Shown here piece after piece: positions 17,472-23,886 of a DNA stretch of 64,000 nt; the first letter of the stretch is position 1, and the number at the start of each line of letters is the position of its first letter. Source of the stretch: Escherichia phage vB_vPM_PD114; sequence record MH675927.1; one strand, 5' to 3'. The translations under genes were made by a program, and so were the position numbers. Under the pieces are notes generated by a model. That model worked only from the letters and a program-made list of their open reading frames with translations, was not told where the DNA came from and ran no database searches.

Positions 17472-19205
17472 ATGAATATTTTTGCACCTTTTGCTACTGA
17501 TTGGTACAAACCTGGTCACAAGCAGATGTACAATCAAAATACAAAACTCATTTTCTCTAATTTAACTCCTCGTAATGATAAAAACTTTGCACACTATGCA
17601 GATCGTGAAGCACGTGGTGTGATTGTTTTAGGTATTCGTCGAGCAGTCACTGATGCTCTTGTAACTATGTGGGATAGCTTCTTTAAAATGTCTCGTAGTG
17701 CAGCAGTAAATAAATTTTATCGTATGTCTAAAAATGCATTAGGTGCTTCTGCTCCTTCTGCTGAATGTTGGGGAGAATTGCACGATTTAGGTTATCTTCC
17801 GCTGGAAGTTCGATCTCTGCCAGAAGGTGTTTTGTGTCCTATTGGTGTTCCTGTGTTTACTGTGCATAATACTTTAGAAAAATTCTTTTGGTTAACTAAC
17901 TATGTGGAAACACTGTTGTCAGATGAAACTTGGAAGACAATGACTAATGCCACAGCAGCTTTTCAGTATAAGCGTATCGCTATGGCATATGCGATGGCAA
18001 CGTGTGATAATATTGATCACGTTAACTTCCAGTGTCATGACTTTAGCCTACGTGGTTTAAGTAATATCGAAGATGGTTATAAGAGTGGTATCGCTCACTT
18101 GGCATCGTTCACAGGAACAGATAATATTCTGGCTATTGAAACTGTGCATGACTATTATGGTATTGATTATGATCAGTTTGTTGCAGGTTCTATTCCGGCA
18201 ACAGAACATTCAGTAGCAACGACTAACATTGGAGCTATTGTTGAAGATCTGAAGAAACATTTCCCACATCTTAAAGATGATGTAGATGGGCTTCGTTATG
18301 TAGCAGAAAAAGAGTTTCTTCGTCGTTATATCGAAGAAATTGTTCCAGAAGGTTTTTGTTCATATGTAGCAGACTCTTATGACTATTGGGCTGTATTGAC
18401 TCGCATTCTGGTAGAATTGAAAGATTCCATTATGTCACGAAATGGTCGTCTTGTTATTCGTCCAGATTCAGGAGATCCGGTTAAAGTTGTTGCAGGATAC
18501 AATGTTGAATCTTTTGATAACTATGAAGACCTCTTAAATAATGGTATTGCGACAGCCACTGAAGTAGTTCATTTGGCTGATGTTAATAAGTATTACAATG
18601 TTCTTCAGGATTGCAGTGTTGCTGACTGTATTGATGAAACTTATGAGATTCCTTATTGTGAAGCAGTAGGTTCTATTCAAATCCTTTGGGAAGTGTTTGG
18701 TGGTACTATCAACCGAAAAGGCTACAAGGTTCTTGATCAGCATATCGGTATGATTTATGGTGATTCTATTACTGTTGAACGAGAACACGAGATCTTACGC
18801 CGACTGAAGAAGAAAGGTTTTGCAGCTTCCAATATTGTATTTGGTGTTGGTAGTTATACTTATCAGTTCAATACACGAGATACTTTTGGTTTTGCTGTTA
18901 AAGCAACAGGTAGTATTATCGGTGAACACGAAATTTTGGTAAGTAAGGAGCCTAAAACTGATCCTGGTAAACGCTCTGCAAAAGGTTTTATTAAGGTTGT
19001 TAAGGATACCAATGGTAATCTGTCTCTTGTAGATAATCTTTCTTTTAAAGATATCCAGGATGAAGACAATGAGTTACAAGTTATCTTCAAGGATGGTAAG
19101 GTTATTACACCACAAGTAGAAGGCCGTGATGAAACATTCACTGATATCCGCAACCGTGTTGACGTAGAGGTTCTTCGTACTATGGGAACCATCCAGGTTG
19201 ACTAA
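17472..19205 (+). CDS. nicotinamide phosphoribosyltransferase-family protein; candidate nicotinamide ADPR transferase (Namat) of NARP1
   Basis: 577 aa, NAMPT/NadV-like length and motifs (e.g. SIPATEHSVATT, GDSITVE); RBS AAGGAG; immediately downstream of the Prs-like gene. Confidence 0.7.
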   Translation: MNIFAPFATDWYKPGHKQMYNQNTKLIFSNLTPRNDKNFAHYADREARGVIVLGIRRAVTDALVTMWDSFFKMSRSAAVNKFYRMSKNALGASAPSAECWGELHDLGYLPLEVRSLPEGVLCPIGVPVFTVHNTLEKFFWLTNYVETLLSDETWKTMTNATAAFQYKRIAMAYAMATCDNIDHVNFQCHDFSLRGLSNIEDGYKSGIAHLASFTGTDNILAIETVHDYYGIDYDQFVAGSIPATEHSVATTNIGAIVEDLKKHFPHLKDDVDGLRYVAEKEFLRRYIEEIVPEGFCSYVADSYDYWAVLTRILVELKDSIMSRNGRLVIRPDSGDPVKVVAGYNVESFDNYEDLLNNGIATATEVVHLADVNKYYNVLQDCSVADCIDETYEIPYCEAVGSIQILWEVFGGTINRKGYKVLDQHIGMIYGDSITVEREHEILRRLKKKGFAASNIVFGVGSYTYQFNTRDTFGFAVKATGSIIGEHEILVSKEPKTDPGKRSAKGFIKVVKDTNGNLSLVDNLSFKDIQDEDNELQVIFKDGKVITPQVEGRDETFTDIRNRVDVEVLRTMGTIQVD

Positions 19206-19276
19206 ATAAAAACTTCGTGATAAGATTAAGGTAAGGAGAGCCTACAACTGCCCTGGATGGGCTTCACGAAGGATTT

Positions 19277-19498
19277 ATGAAACAACATAATTTTTATTTT
19301 CGTTGCCGAGCCTGTAACAGACACTTGACTAATCATTCCCGTAGAGACAGGAATGGTAATATTCAAGAGTCGGATCTATGCTCGATTTGTACAAGTTTGG
19401 CATTCGATGACAGTCCCGAAAGGGTTTATCAACATCAAAGTGTAACTGATCTTCTTCTAAATTACACAACACCAGAGGAGGAATTAGATTTCACATAA
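19277..19498 (+). CDS. hypothetical zinc-ribbon-like protein (73 aa)
   Basis: CRACNRH ... CSIC Cys pairs; ORF track. Confidence 0.35.
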   Translation: MKQHNFYFRCRACNRHLTNHSRRDRNGNIQESDLCSICTSLAFDDSPERVYQHQSVTDLLLNYTTPEEELDFT

Positions 19499-19511
19499 TT
19501 AAGGAAACAGT

Positions 19512-19622
19512 ATGTCTACAGAAATTATTTTTGGCTTATCTGTTTTTATTGCTATTGTATCTTTTGTATGCGGTTATACACTAGGTTACAGATCAAGAAA
19601 AAATATTGTAAAAACTAGTTGA
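19512..19622 (+). CDS. very small hydrophobic peptide (36 aa), not in ORF track
   Basis: AAGGAAACAGT-ATG; MSTEIIFGLSVFIAIVSFVCGYTLGYRSRKNIVKTS. Confidence 0.25.
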   Translation: MSTEIIFGLSVFIAIVSFVCGYTLGYRSRKNIVKTS

Positions 19623-19648
19623 CAACATAGCTAGTTATTTGCTAAGAT
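19619..19648 (+). promoter_or_regulatory. sigma70-like promoter TTGACA-N18-TAAGAT
   Basis: Read directly. Confidence 0.4.
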
Positions 19649-19678
19649 AAGCACAAGTTAAACAAAAAGGAGAAAACT

Positions 19679-19945
19679 ATGACAGAACGTACTTATGGTA
19701 AAGAATTGATTGAGAAGCACGTATTGATTGATAATAAAGGTGGAGCAATCTTTATTTTTGAACCTGAATCAGTTCTTACTGAAAACGAAAATGGTAGCGT
19801 TAGCCTTAAAACAGAAAGTTTGGTAATTGACTTCCTTGCTCTTCTGGATGAAATGGGGCTTCCGCACGAAGAAGAAGCAGCTATTGCTTTGATTACAGTT
19901 CTTCTGGAGAAACGCGAAGCTGGTGAAATGACCCAGTATGCTTAA
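19679..19945 (+). CDS. hypothetical protein (88 aa)
   Basis: AAAGGAGAAAACT-ATG; ORF track. Confidence 0.4.
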   Translation: MTERTYGKELIEKHVLIDNKGGAIFIFEPESVLTENENGSVSLKTESLVIDFLALLDEMGLPHEEEAAIALITVLLEKREAGEMTQYA

Positions 19946-19952
19946 TATTCAA

Positions 19953-20028
19953 GGTTCCATAGCTCACTGACGAGAGCGCACACCTCATAAGTGTCGAGGG
20001 CAGGGATTGTAACCCTGGGGAACCACCA
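19953..20028 (+). tRNA. tRNA-Met(CAT)-like, atypical T-loop
   Basis: Acceptor GGTTCC/GGAACC (position 7 mismatched), D-stem GCTC/GAGC, anticodon loop CTCATAA, T-arm CAGGG-ATTGTAA-CCCTG, encoded CCA. Hand-folded. Confidence 0.4.
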
Positions 20029-20059
20029 TTTAAAAGGAGATGCTATGCATCTCCTATAT

Positions 20060-20145
20060 GCAAGTGTGGTGGAATTGGTGATACACATTGTGCTTAAAAC
20101 GCAACGCTTAAATGATTGAGGGTTCGAATCCCTCCACTTGCACCA
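20060..20145 (+). tRNA. tRNA-Leu(TAA), class II
   Basis: Acceptor GCAAGTG/CACTTGC, anticodon loop CTTAAAA, long variable arm, T-arm GAGGG-TTCGAAT-CCCTC, discriminator A, CCA encoded. Confidence 0.6.
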
Positions 20146-20147
20146 AC

Positions 20148-20253
20148 GCCTAGTAGGGTATTTGGTAATTCCGAGGCCATCAAAGCCTGAAAAATATGTT
20201 AGACCGCTTTGTCTAACTAAATACGAAATATGGTTCGATTCCATAACTAGGCT
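20148..20253 (+). tRNA. tRNA-like element, unusually long (106 nt); possible pseudo-tRNA or tRNA with insertion
   Basis: Perfect acceptor pairing GCCTAGT/ACTAGGC and T-arm TATGG-TTCGATT-CCATA, but 74 nt between them with internal 7-bp hairpin GTTAGAC/GTCTAAC. Confidence 0.25.
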
Positions 20254-20285
20254 TCAATTTAAATAATAATTTTAGTAAAAATATC

Positions 20286-20314
20286 TTGACATTCACTTAG
20301 TTTTTTGTTATAGT
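20286..20314 (+). promoter_or_regulatory. sigma70-like promoter TTGACA-N17-TATAGT
   Basis: Read directly; ~12 nt upstream of next tRNA. Confidence 0.5.
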
Positions 20315-20325
20315 TACTGTGAAAA

Positions 20326-20407
20326 CGGGGTGTATCTCACCTGACTTCTAATCAGGCGTTAACCGAGTAATTGGAGTATGCAGGTTCGAATCCTGTCACC
20401 CCGACCA
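20326..20407 (+). tRNA. tRNA-like with Arg(TCT)-type anticodon arm, atypical D region
   Basis: Acceptor CGGGGTG/CACCCCG, T-arm GCAGG-TTCGAAT-CCTGT, CCA encoded; hairpin CCTGA-CTTCTAA-TCAGG only 7 nt after acceptor, no D-arm found by hand. Confidence 0.4.
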
Positions 20408-20425
20408 AAAAGTTTTAAAAACTAC

Positions 20426-20455
20426 TTGACAAGCAAGATAGTTTTATGTTAGATT
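20426..20455 (+). promoter_or_regulatory. sigma70-like promoter TTGACA-N18-TAGATT
   Basis: Read directly. Confidence 0.4.
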
Positions 20456-20470
20456 TAAAGTATGATAACG

Positions 20471-20560
20471 GGAAGGTAGGGCGCAGCGGTGCGCAACCAG
20501 GTTTGAACCCTGGCCCATTGTAGCGATACGGTGATGGTTCGACTCCATTATCTTCCTCCA
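20471..20560 (+). tRNA. tRNA-Ser(TGA), class II
   Basis: Acceptor GGAAGGT/ATCTTCC (one G-U), anticodon arm CCAGG-TTTGAAC-CCTGG, long variable arm, T-arm GATGG-TTCGACT-CCATT, CCA encoded. Confidence 0.55.
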
Positions 20561-20578
20561 AATTCAACTAGGAGCTTT

Positions 20579-20731
20579 ATGAATTATAAAACTATTGGAC
20601 AGGTTGTTACCGGAGTTAAGATTGTAGATAATAAAGTTGTTTATGAGTATTCTAATCTTCAACAATCTGAAGATGGTAAAAATATTCGTATGGTAAAAGC
20701 AGAACAAAAAGATTCCGGTTGTTTTGAATAA
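20579..20731 (+). CDS. hypothetical small protein (50 aa; track ORF 20531-20731 trimmed to avoid tRNA overlap)
   Basis: TAGGAGC...ATG at 20579 right after tRNA-Ser. Confidence 0.3.
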   Translation: MNYKTIGQVVTGVKIVDNKVVYEYSNLQQSEDGKNIRMVKAEQKDSGCFE

Positions 20732-20739
20732 TTAAGAAC

Positions 20740-20825
20740 GGTAGATTGGTGAAATGGTAGCCACAACAGTTTGCTAAACTGTCGTCGGAAACGGCGTGTA
20801 GGTTCAAGTCCTACATCTACCGCCA
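20740..20825 (+). tRNA. tRNA-Ser(GCT), class II
   Basis: Acceptor GGTAGAT/ATCTACC, anticodon arm ACAGT-TTGCTAA-ACTGT, long variable arm, T-arm GTAGG-TTCAAGT-CCTAC, discriminator G, CCA encoded. Confidence 0.6.
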
Positions 20826-20845
20826 AATTTATGCGAGGAGGATGT

Positions 20846-21226
20846 ATGCCAAGCAATGATTATATGCGGGAATACATGAAAACTCGGTGGCAGAAGCGAA
20901 GAGCTTCCGCAATCCTCCAGCTTGGAGGTAAATGTGTTAATTGTGGGTCTGTAGATGACTTGGAATTTGATCATAAAGATTCAAGCGAGAAGAAGTTTTA
21001 TATTAGTCGAATGAGTTCATGCTCTGAGGCTAAATGGCAGGAAGAACTTGCCAAATGTCAACTTTTGTGCCATGACTGTCACATGAAGAAGACAAGAATA
21101 TCCCAAGACATGGGAAACAGAATTAGAACAACGGTGTGTGTTTGCGGGGCAGTATTTTATAGTACAAAGGCTTATGCTGGACATACACGGTGGTGTAAAG
21201 AGTATGCATCGTTAGCCAAGCGGTAA
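20846..21226 (+). CDS. HNH endonuclease (free-standing, inside tRNA cluster)
   Basis: CVNCGSVDDLEFDHKD...CQLLCHDCHMKK...C-terminal Cys/His cluster; RBS GAGGAGG; last ~7 codons overlap the 5' end of the following tRNA. Confidence 0.55.
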   Translation: MPSNDYMREYMKTRWQKRRASAILQLGGKCVNCGSVDDLEFDHKDSSEKKFYISRMSSCSEAKWQEELAKCQLLCHDCHMKKTRISQDMGNRIRTTVCVCGAVFYSTKAYAGHTRWCKEYASLAKR

Positions 21227-21280
21227 GGCACTTGACTTTTAATCAAGGGAGCGAAGGTTCGAATCCTTCACGATGTACCA
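21206..21280 (+). tRNA. tRNA-Lys(TTT)
   Basis: Acceptor GCATCGT/ACGATGT (G1-U72), D-stem GCC/GGC, anticodon arm CTTGA-CTTTTAA-TCAAG, T-arm GAAGG-TTCGAAT-CCTTC, CCA encoded. Confidence 0.55.
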
Positions 21281-21285
21281 AACAC

Positions 21286-21372
21286 GTAGGTATCGCATAG
21301 CGGCAATTGCTGGAGACTGTAAATCTCCTGCCCTTCGGGGCTTCGTTGGTTCGAGTCCAACTACCTGCACCA
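21286..21372 (+). tRNA. tRNA-Tyr(GTA), class II
   Basis: Acceptor GTAGGTA/TACCTGC, anticodon arm GGAGA-CTGTAAA-TCTCC, long variable arm, T-arm GTTGG-TTCGAGT-CCAAC, discriminator A, CCA. Confidence 0.55.
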
Positions 21373-21379
21373 AATTAAA

Positions 21380-21464
21380 GATGGATTGGCCTAGTGGTTG
21401 GGCGACGGACTGTTAATCCGTGAACGAAAGTTCTAGCAAGGTTCAAATCCTTGATCCATCGCCA
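21380..21464 (+). tRNA. class II (Ser-like architecture) tRNA with GTT anticodon
   Basis: Acceptor GATGGAT/ATCCATC, 3-bp D-stem GCC/GGC, anticodon arm ACGGA-CTGTTAA-TCCGT, 15-nt variable hairpin GAAC-GAAA-GTTC, T-arm CAAGG-TTCAAAT-CCTTG, discriminator G, CCA. Confidence 0.45.
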
Positions 21465-21471
21465 GAATTAT

Positions 21472-21548
21472 GGACTTGTAGAGTTAAGGTAAACCCTCAG
21501 TCGCAAAGAGGCTTCTGGAATTGCAGGTATCGAATCCTGCCGAGTCCA
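21472..21548 (+). tRNA. tRNA, anticodon unresolved
   Basis: Acceptor GGACTTG/CGAGTCC, T-arm GCAGG-(T)ATCGAAT-CCTGC with 8-nt loop; anticodon arm could not be folded unambiguously (possible loop GTCGCAA). Confidence 0.35.
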
Positions 21549-21554
21549 ATTATT

Positions 21555-21629
21555 GCTCCTATCGTATAACGGCTATTACGGTTGCCTTGTAAGCAACTTA
21601 TCAGGGTTCGAGTCCTTGTGGGAGCACCA
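21555..21629 (+). tRNA. tRNA-Thr(TGT)
   Basis: Acceptor GCTCCTA/TGGGAGC, anticodon arm GTTGC-CTTGTAA-GCAAC, T-arm CAGGG-TTCGAGT-CCTTG, CCA encoded. Confidence 0.55.
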
Positions 21630-21652
21630 ATTTTAACTCTAAAGGAGTGTAT

Positions 21653-21976
21653 GTGACAGAAAAAGAGTTAGAGAAATATTTTAATATCAATGTTTTCGAT
21701 GGTTTTGATGATATTGAAGATGTTGAAAGATATTATGAAGTAGAGTTAGATAAGGATAACATTGTAATTCTTTCTGCCACTTATGATTGTGCATATTATG
21801 AAGGTGAATCTCACGTTTATTTTTATGATATGAAAACATCTTTGTTTTATGAAGTACACGCATATCATTGTTCTTGTTATGGTTTAGAAGGTCAGTGGGA
21901 ACCTGAAGAAATAGGTGATTTGAGCTTTACGGTTGCATATCTAAACAGACGTGGTGCATCTACTATTTTAAAATAA
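21653..21976 (+). CDS. hypothetical acidic protein (107 aa) inside tRNA cluster
   Basis: AGGAG then GTG at 21653 (track start 21647 overlaps the RBS); ORF track. Confidence 0.4.
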   Translation: MTEKELEKYFNINVFDGFDDIEDVERYYEVELDKDNIVILSATYDCAYYEGESHVYFYDMKTSLFYEVHAYHCSCYGLEGQWEPEEIGDLSFTVAYLNRRGASTILK

Positions 21977-21990
21977 ATATTAAAAGCCTC

Positions 21991-22020
21991 TTGACAAAGG
22001 GGCTAATAATATGTTAGAGT
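21991..22020 (+). promoter_or_regulatory. sigma70-like promoter TTGACA-N18-TAGAGT
   Basis: Read directly; precedes tRNA-Gly. Confidence 0.45.
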
Positions 22021-22031
22021 AATATTGTTAA

Positions 22032-22106
22032 GCGGGTATAGTGTTAATGGTAGCATATGAGGTTTCCACCCTCCAGGTGCAGGTTCAAGTCCTGTTACTC
22101 GCTCCA
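22032..22106 (+). tRNA. tRNA-Gly(TCC)
   Basis: Acceptor GCGGGTA/TACTCGC, anticodon loop TTTCCAC, T-arm GCAGG-TTCAAGT-CCTGT, CCA encoded. Confidence 0.5.
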
Positions 22107-22537
22107 AGATTATTTAAATGGAATCGCTAGAGAAAATTTCTCTTTTCGCTCATGGTTTTCTCCTTCAAACTCTAGCGGTTCTTTTTAAGTGATTTTTTAG
22201 TTTATTGGAGATTCACTGCCTTAGTGTGAGCTAAAATCGAGGAGCCATCGAACTGTCTGATTAATGATTTGCGAATCATTATAGTTTTAAGACCCCGGCA
22301 GTTTTATGGTGTACCTCTTGAATGTGAATGATGACGGGTTTATGGTTATCCTGGTCGTTAAATATCCAAAAACCTATGTTCCCCTTGAGGGCTTGCGCAG
22401 GCAATGCCAATAAGTCCTGCATTTTCATTTAAAAGAGAATTTATAATGGAAAAAGATGAACTTAAGTATGCTAAGCCTCTGGCTTCTGCTGCACGAAAAG
22501 CAGTTCGTCACTTTGTGGTAACACTGAAGTAATTTAT

Positions 22538-22612
22538 TGGAGATTAGCCTAGTGGGAAGGCAACGGCCTTTGAAGTCGTGATGACTAGGTTCGATTCCTA
22601 GATCTCCAGCCA
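22538..22612 (+). tRNA. tRNA-Gln(TTG)
   Basis: Acceptor TGGAGAT/ATCTCCA, D-stem GCC/GGC, anticodon arm ACGGC-CTTTGAA-GTCGT, T-arm CTAGG-TTCGATT-CCTAG, CCA. Confidence 0.5.
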
Positions 22613-22619
22613 AGATTTA

Positions 22620-22695
22620 CAGTGCGTAGCGCAGTTGGTAGCGTGGGAGCCTTGGACGCTTCAGGTCGCAGGTTCGAGTCCTGCCGCACTGACCA
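22620..22695 (+). tRNA. tRNA-Pro(TGG)
   Basis: Acceptor CAGTGCG/CGCACTG (C1-G72), anticodon arm GGAGC-CTTGGAC-GCTTC, T-arm GCAGG-TTCGAGT-CCTGC, CCA. Confidence 0.55.
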
Positions 22696-22700
22696 AATTT

Positions 22701-22775
22701 GCAGAGATAGCTGAGACGGATTAGTGCTACCCTGAAAAGGTAGAAAGGATGGATCGTTACCATCTCTCTGCACCA
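22701..22775 (+). tRNA. tRNA-Phe(GAA)
   Basis: Acceptor GCAGAGA/TCTCTGC, anticodon arm CTACC-CTGAAAA-GGTAG, T-arm GATGG-ATCGTTA-CCATC (atypical loop), CCA. Confidence 0.5.
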
Positions 22776-22852
22776 AATAACACCATCCAAGGAGTAGACT
22801 TGGTTAACTGTCAATAGCACATTGAGGCTTCTTACAGTGGTGTACTTATTAT

Positions 22853-22937
22853 GGCTAAGTGGTGGAATGGTATACACGATACGCTTAGAACGTATTGCCC
22901 CAAGGGATTGTGAGTTCGAGTCTCACCTTAGCTACCA
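22853..22937 (+). tRNA. tRNA-Leu(TAG), class II
   Basis: Acceptor GGCTAAG/CTTAGCT, anticodon arm ATACG-CTTAGAA-CGTAT, long variable arm, T-arm GTGAG-TTCGAGT-CTCAC, discriminator A, CCA. Confidence 0.55.
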
Positions 22938-22952
22938 AATTATTACAGATTG

Positions 22953-23031
22953 CGCGGGATAGAGGAGTCTGGTCGTCCTCGCCAGTTTCATATGCTGGAG
23001 ATCATCGGTTCAAATCCGATTCCCGCCTCCA
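22953..23031 (+). tRNA. tRNA with CAT anticodon (Met, or Ile2 if lysidine-modified), C1:C72 mismatch
   Basis: Acceptor CGCGGGA/TCCCGCC with unpaired 1:72, D-stem GAGG/CCTC, anticodon arm CCAGT-TTCATAT-GCTGG, T-arm ATCGG-TTCAAAT-CCGAT, CCA. Confidence 0.45.
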
Positions 23032-23089
23032 CTAAATACCTCCCTTCTGGTGTAATGATTAAATTACATTGACACCTCAAGGAACTCAT

Positions 23090-23172
23090 AGCTGGGTAGA
23101 TTTAAAAGAGTATGGTACTCAATATGGCTCCAAACCATAGATCAAGGGGTTCGATTCCTCACCTTGCTGCCA
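23090..23172 (+). tRNA. tRNA-Trp(CCA)-like, boundaries uncertain
   Basis: Anticodon arm TATGG-CTCCAAA-CCATA, T-loop TTCGATT, 3' CCTTGCT-G-CCA; acceptor pairing has a mismatch, D region long. Confidence 0.3.
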
Positions 23173-23177
23173 ATTAT

Positions 23178-23253
23178 TGTGGTATCGTACAGATGGTTAG
23201 TACACTCGACCGATAATCGAGAAACAACGGTTCGACTCCGTTTACCACGACCA
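23178..23253 (+). tRNA. tRNA-Ile(GAT)
   Basis: Acceptor TGTGGTA/TACCACG, D-stem GTAC/GTAC, anticodon arm CTCGA-CCGATAA-TCGAG, T-arm AACGG-TTCGACT-CCGTT, CCA. Confidence 0.45.
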
Positions 23254-23366
23254 AACTCCGTGCCAGCGGTGTCTTCGAAGAACAAGCCTAGTTCCTTCTG
23301 AGATGGAGGGGTGCGACTCCTTAACGCACAATTCTAATAAAGCATTTCAACTTAACAGTATTTATT

Positions 23367-23391
23367 AGCCTCCTTATTGGAGGCTTTTTGC
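23367..23391 (+). terminator. rho-independent terminator AGCCTCC-TTATT-GGAGGCT + TTTTTG at end of tRNA array
   Basis: Perfect 7-bp stem followed by T-run. Confidence 0.6.
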
Positions 23392-23457
23392 TATTTATTG
23401 AATAAAACTTGACTTATTATTTTTTATATGTTATCCTTAAGTAAGGAGGTGCATATT

Positions 23458-23748
23458 ATGCCTAAATTGAAAAGAGGTCGAGGTAGACCTACAGCCGAAA
23501 TGCAACAGATTTATGCTATGGATGCTGCACAGGCGCAAGTAAAAGAAATTTTTGCTGGTCGTTATTTAGATGCTATGCGTTACATTGCAGATCTTGTTGT
23601 AGATGAAAAGGCTTCTGCTAATATTAAGTTGACTGCTTCTAAGATCATCAAAGAACAAGTAGAAGAATGGCTGGAAGAACATTATGAATCTATGGAAGAA
23701 GAAGATATTCTTCCAGAAAATTCTCCCCCTCAAAAAATCGTTATCTAA
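23458..23748 (+). CDS. hypothetical DNA-binding protein with AT-hook-like KRGRGRP (possible small terminase; speculative)
   Basis: AAGGAGG-N8-ATG at 23458 (track ORF starts at 23428); basic N-terminus, acidic C-terminus. Confidence 0.35.
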   Translation: MPKLKRGRGRPTAEMQQIYAMDAAQAQVKEIFAGRYLDAMRYIADLVVDEKASANIKLTASKIIKEQVEEWLEEHYESMEEEDILPENSPPQKIVI

Positions 23749-23886
23749 TTCTCCTCTCTTGGGAACTTTGTTCCCCCCTCTCCTTGTTAATTAACACCCC
23801 TTTCCGAAAGGTTAGGGGGTTTTTTATTTATACCTATTGCTTTTATATATGTTTTTATGATATGATTAATACAGGAGGACTATAAA

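Noticed and set aside
19942-20244. Minus-strand ORF 19942-20244 (100 aa) and ORF 20659-20856
   Set aside because: Antisense to tRNA genes; no RBS; spurious.
22425-22877. Three minus-strand ORFs (22425-22613, 22585-22776, 22617-22877) in the ORF track
   Set aside because: They run antisense through tRNA-Gln, tRNA-Pro, tRNA-Phe and tRNA-Leu genes and have Pro/Arg/Ser-rich composition typical of translated GC-rich RNA genes; considered spurious.
23090-23172. Confident assignment of a tRNA-Trp gene
   Set aside because: Anticodon hairpin is good but acceptor pairing needs a mismatch and the D region is too long; kept only as a low-confidence feature.
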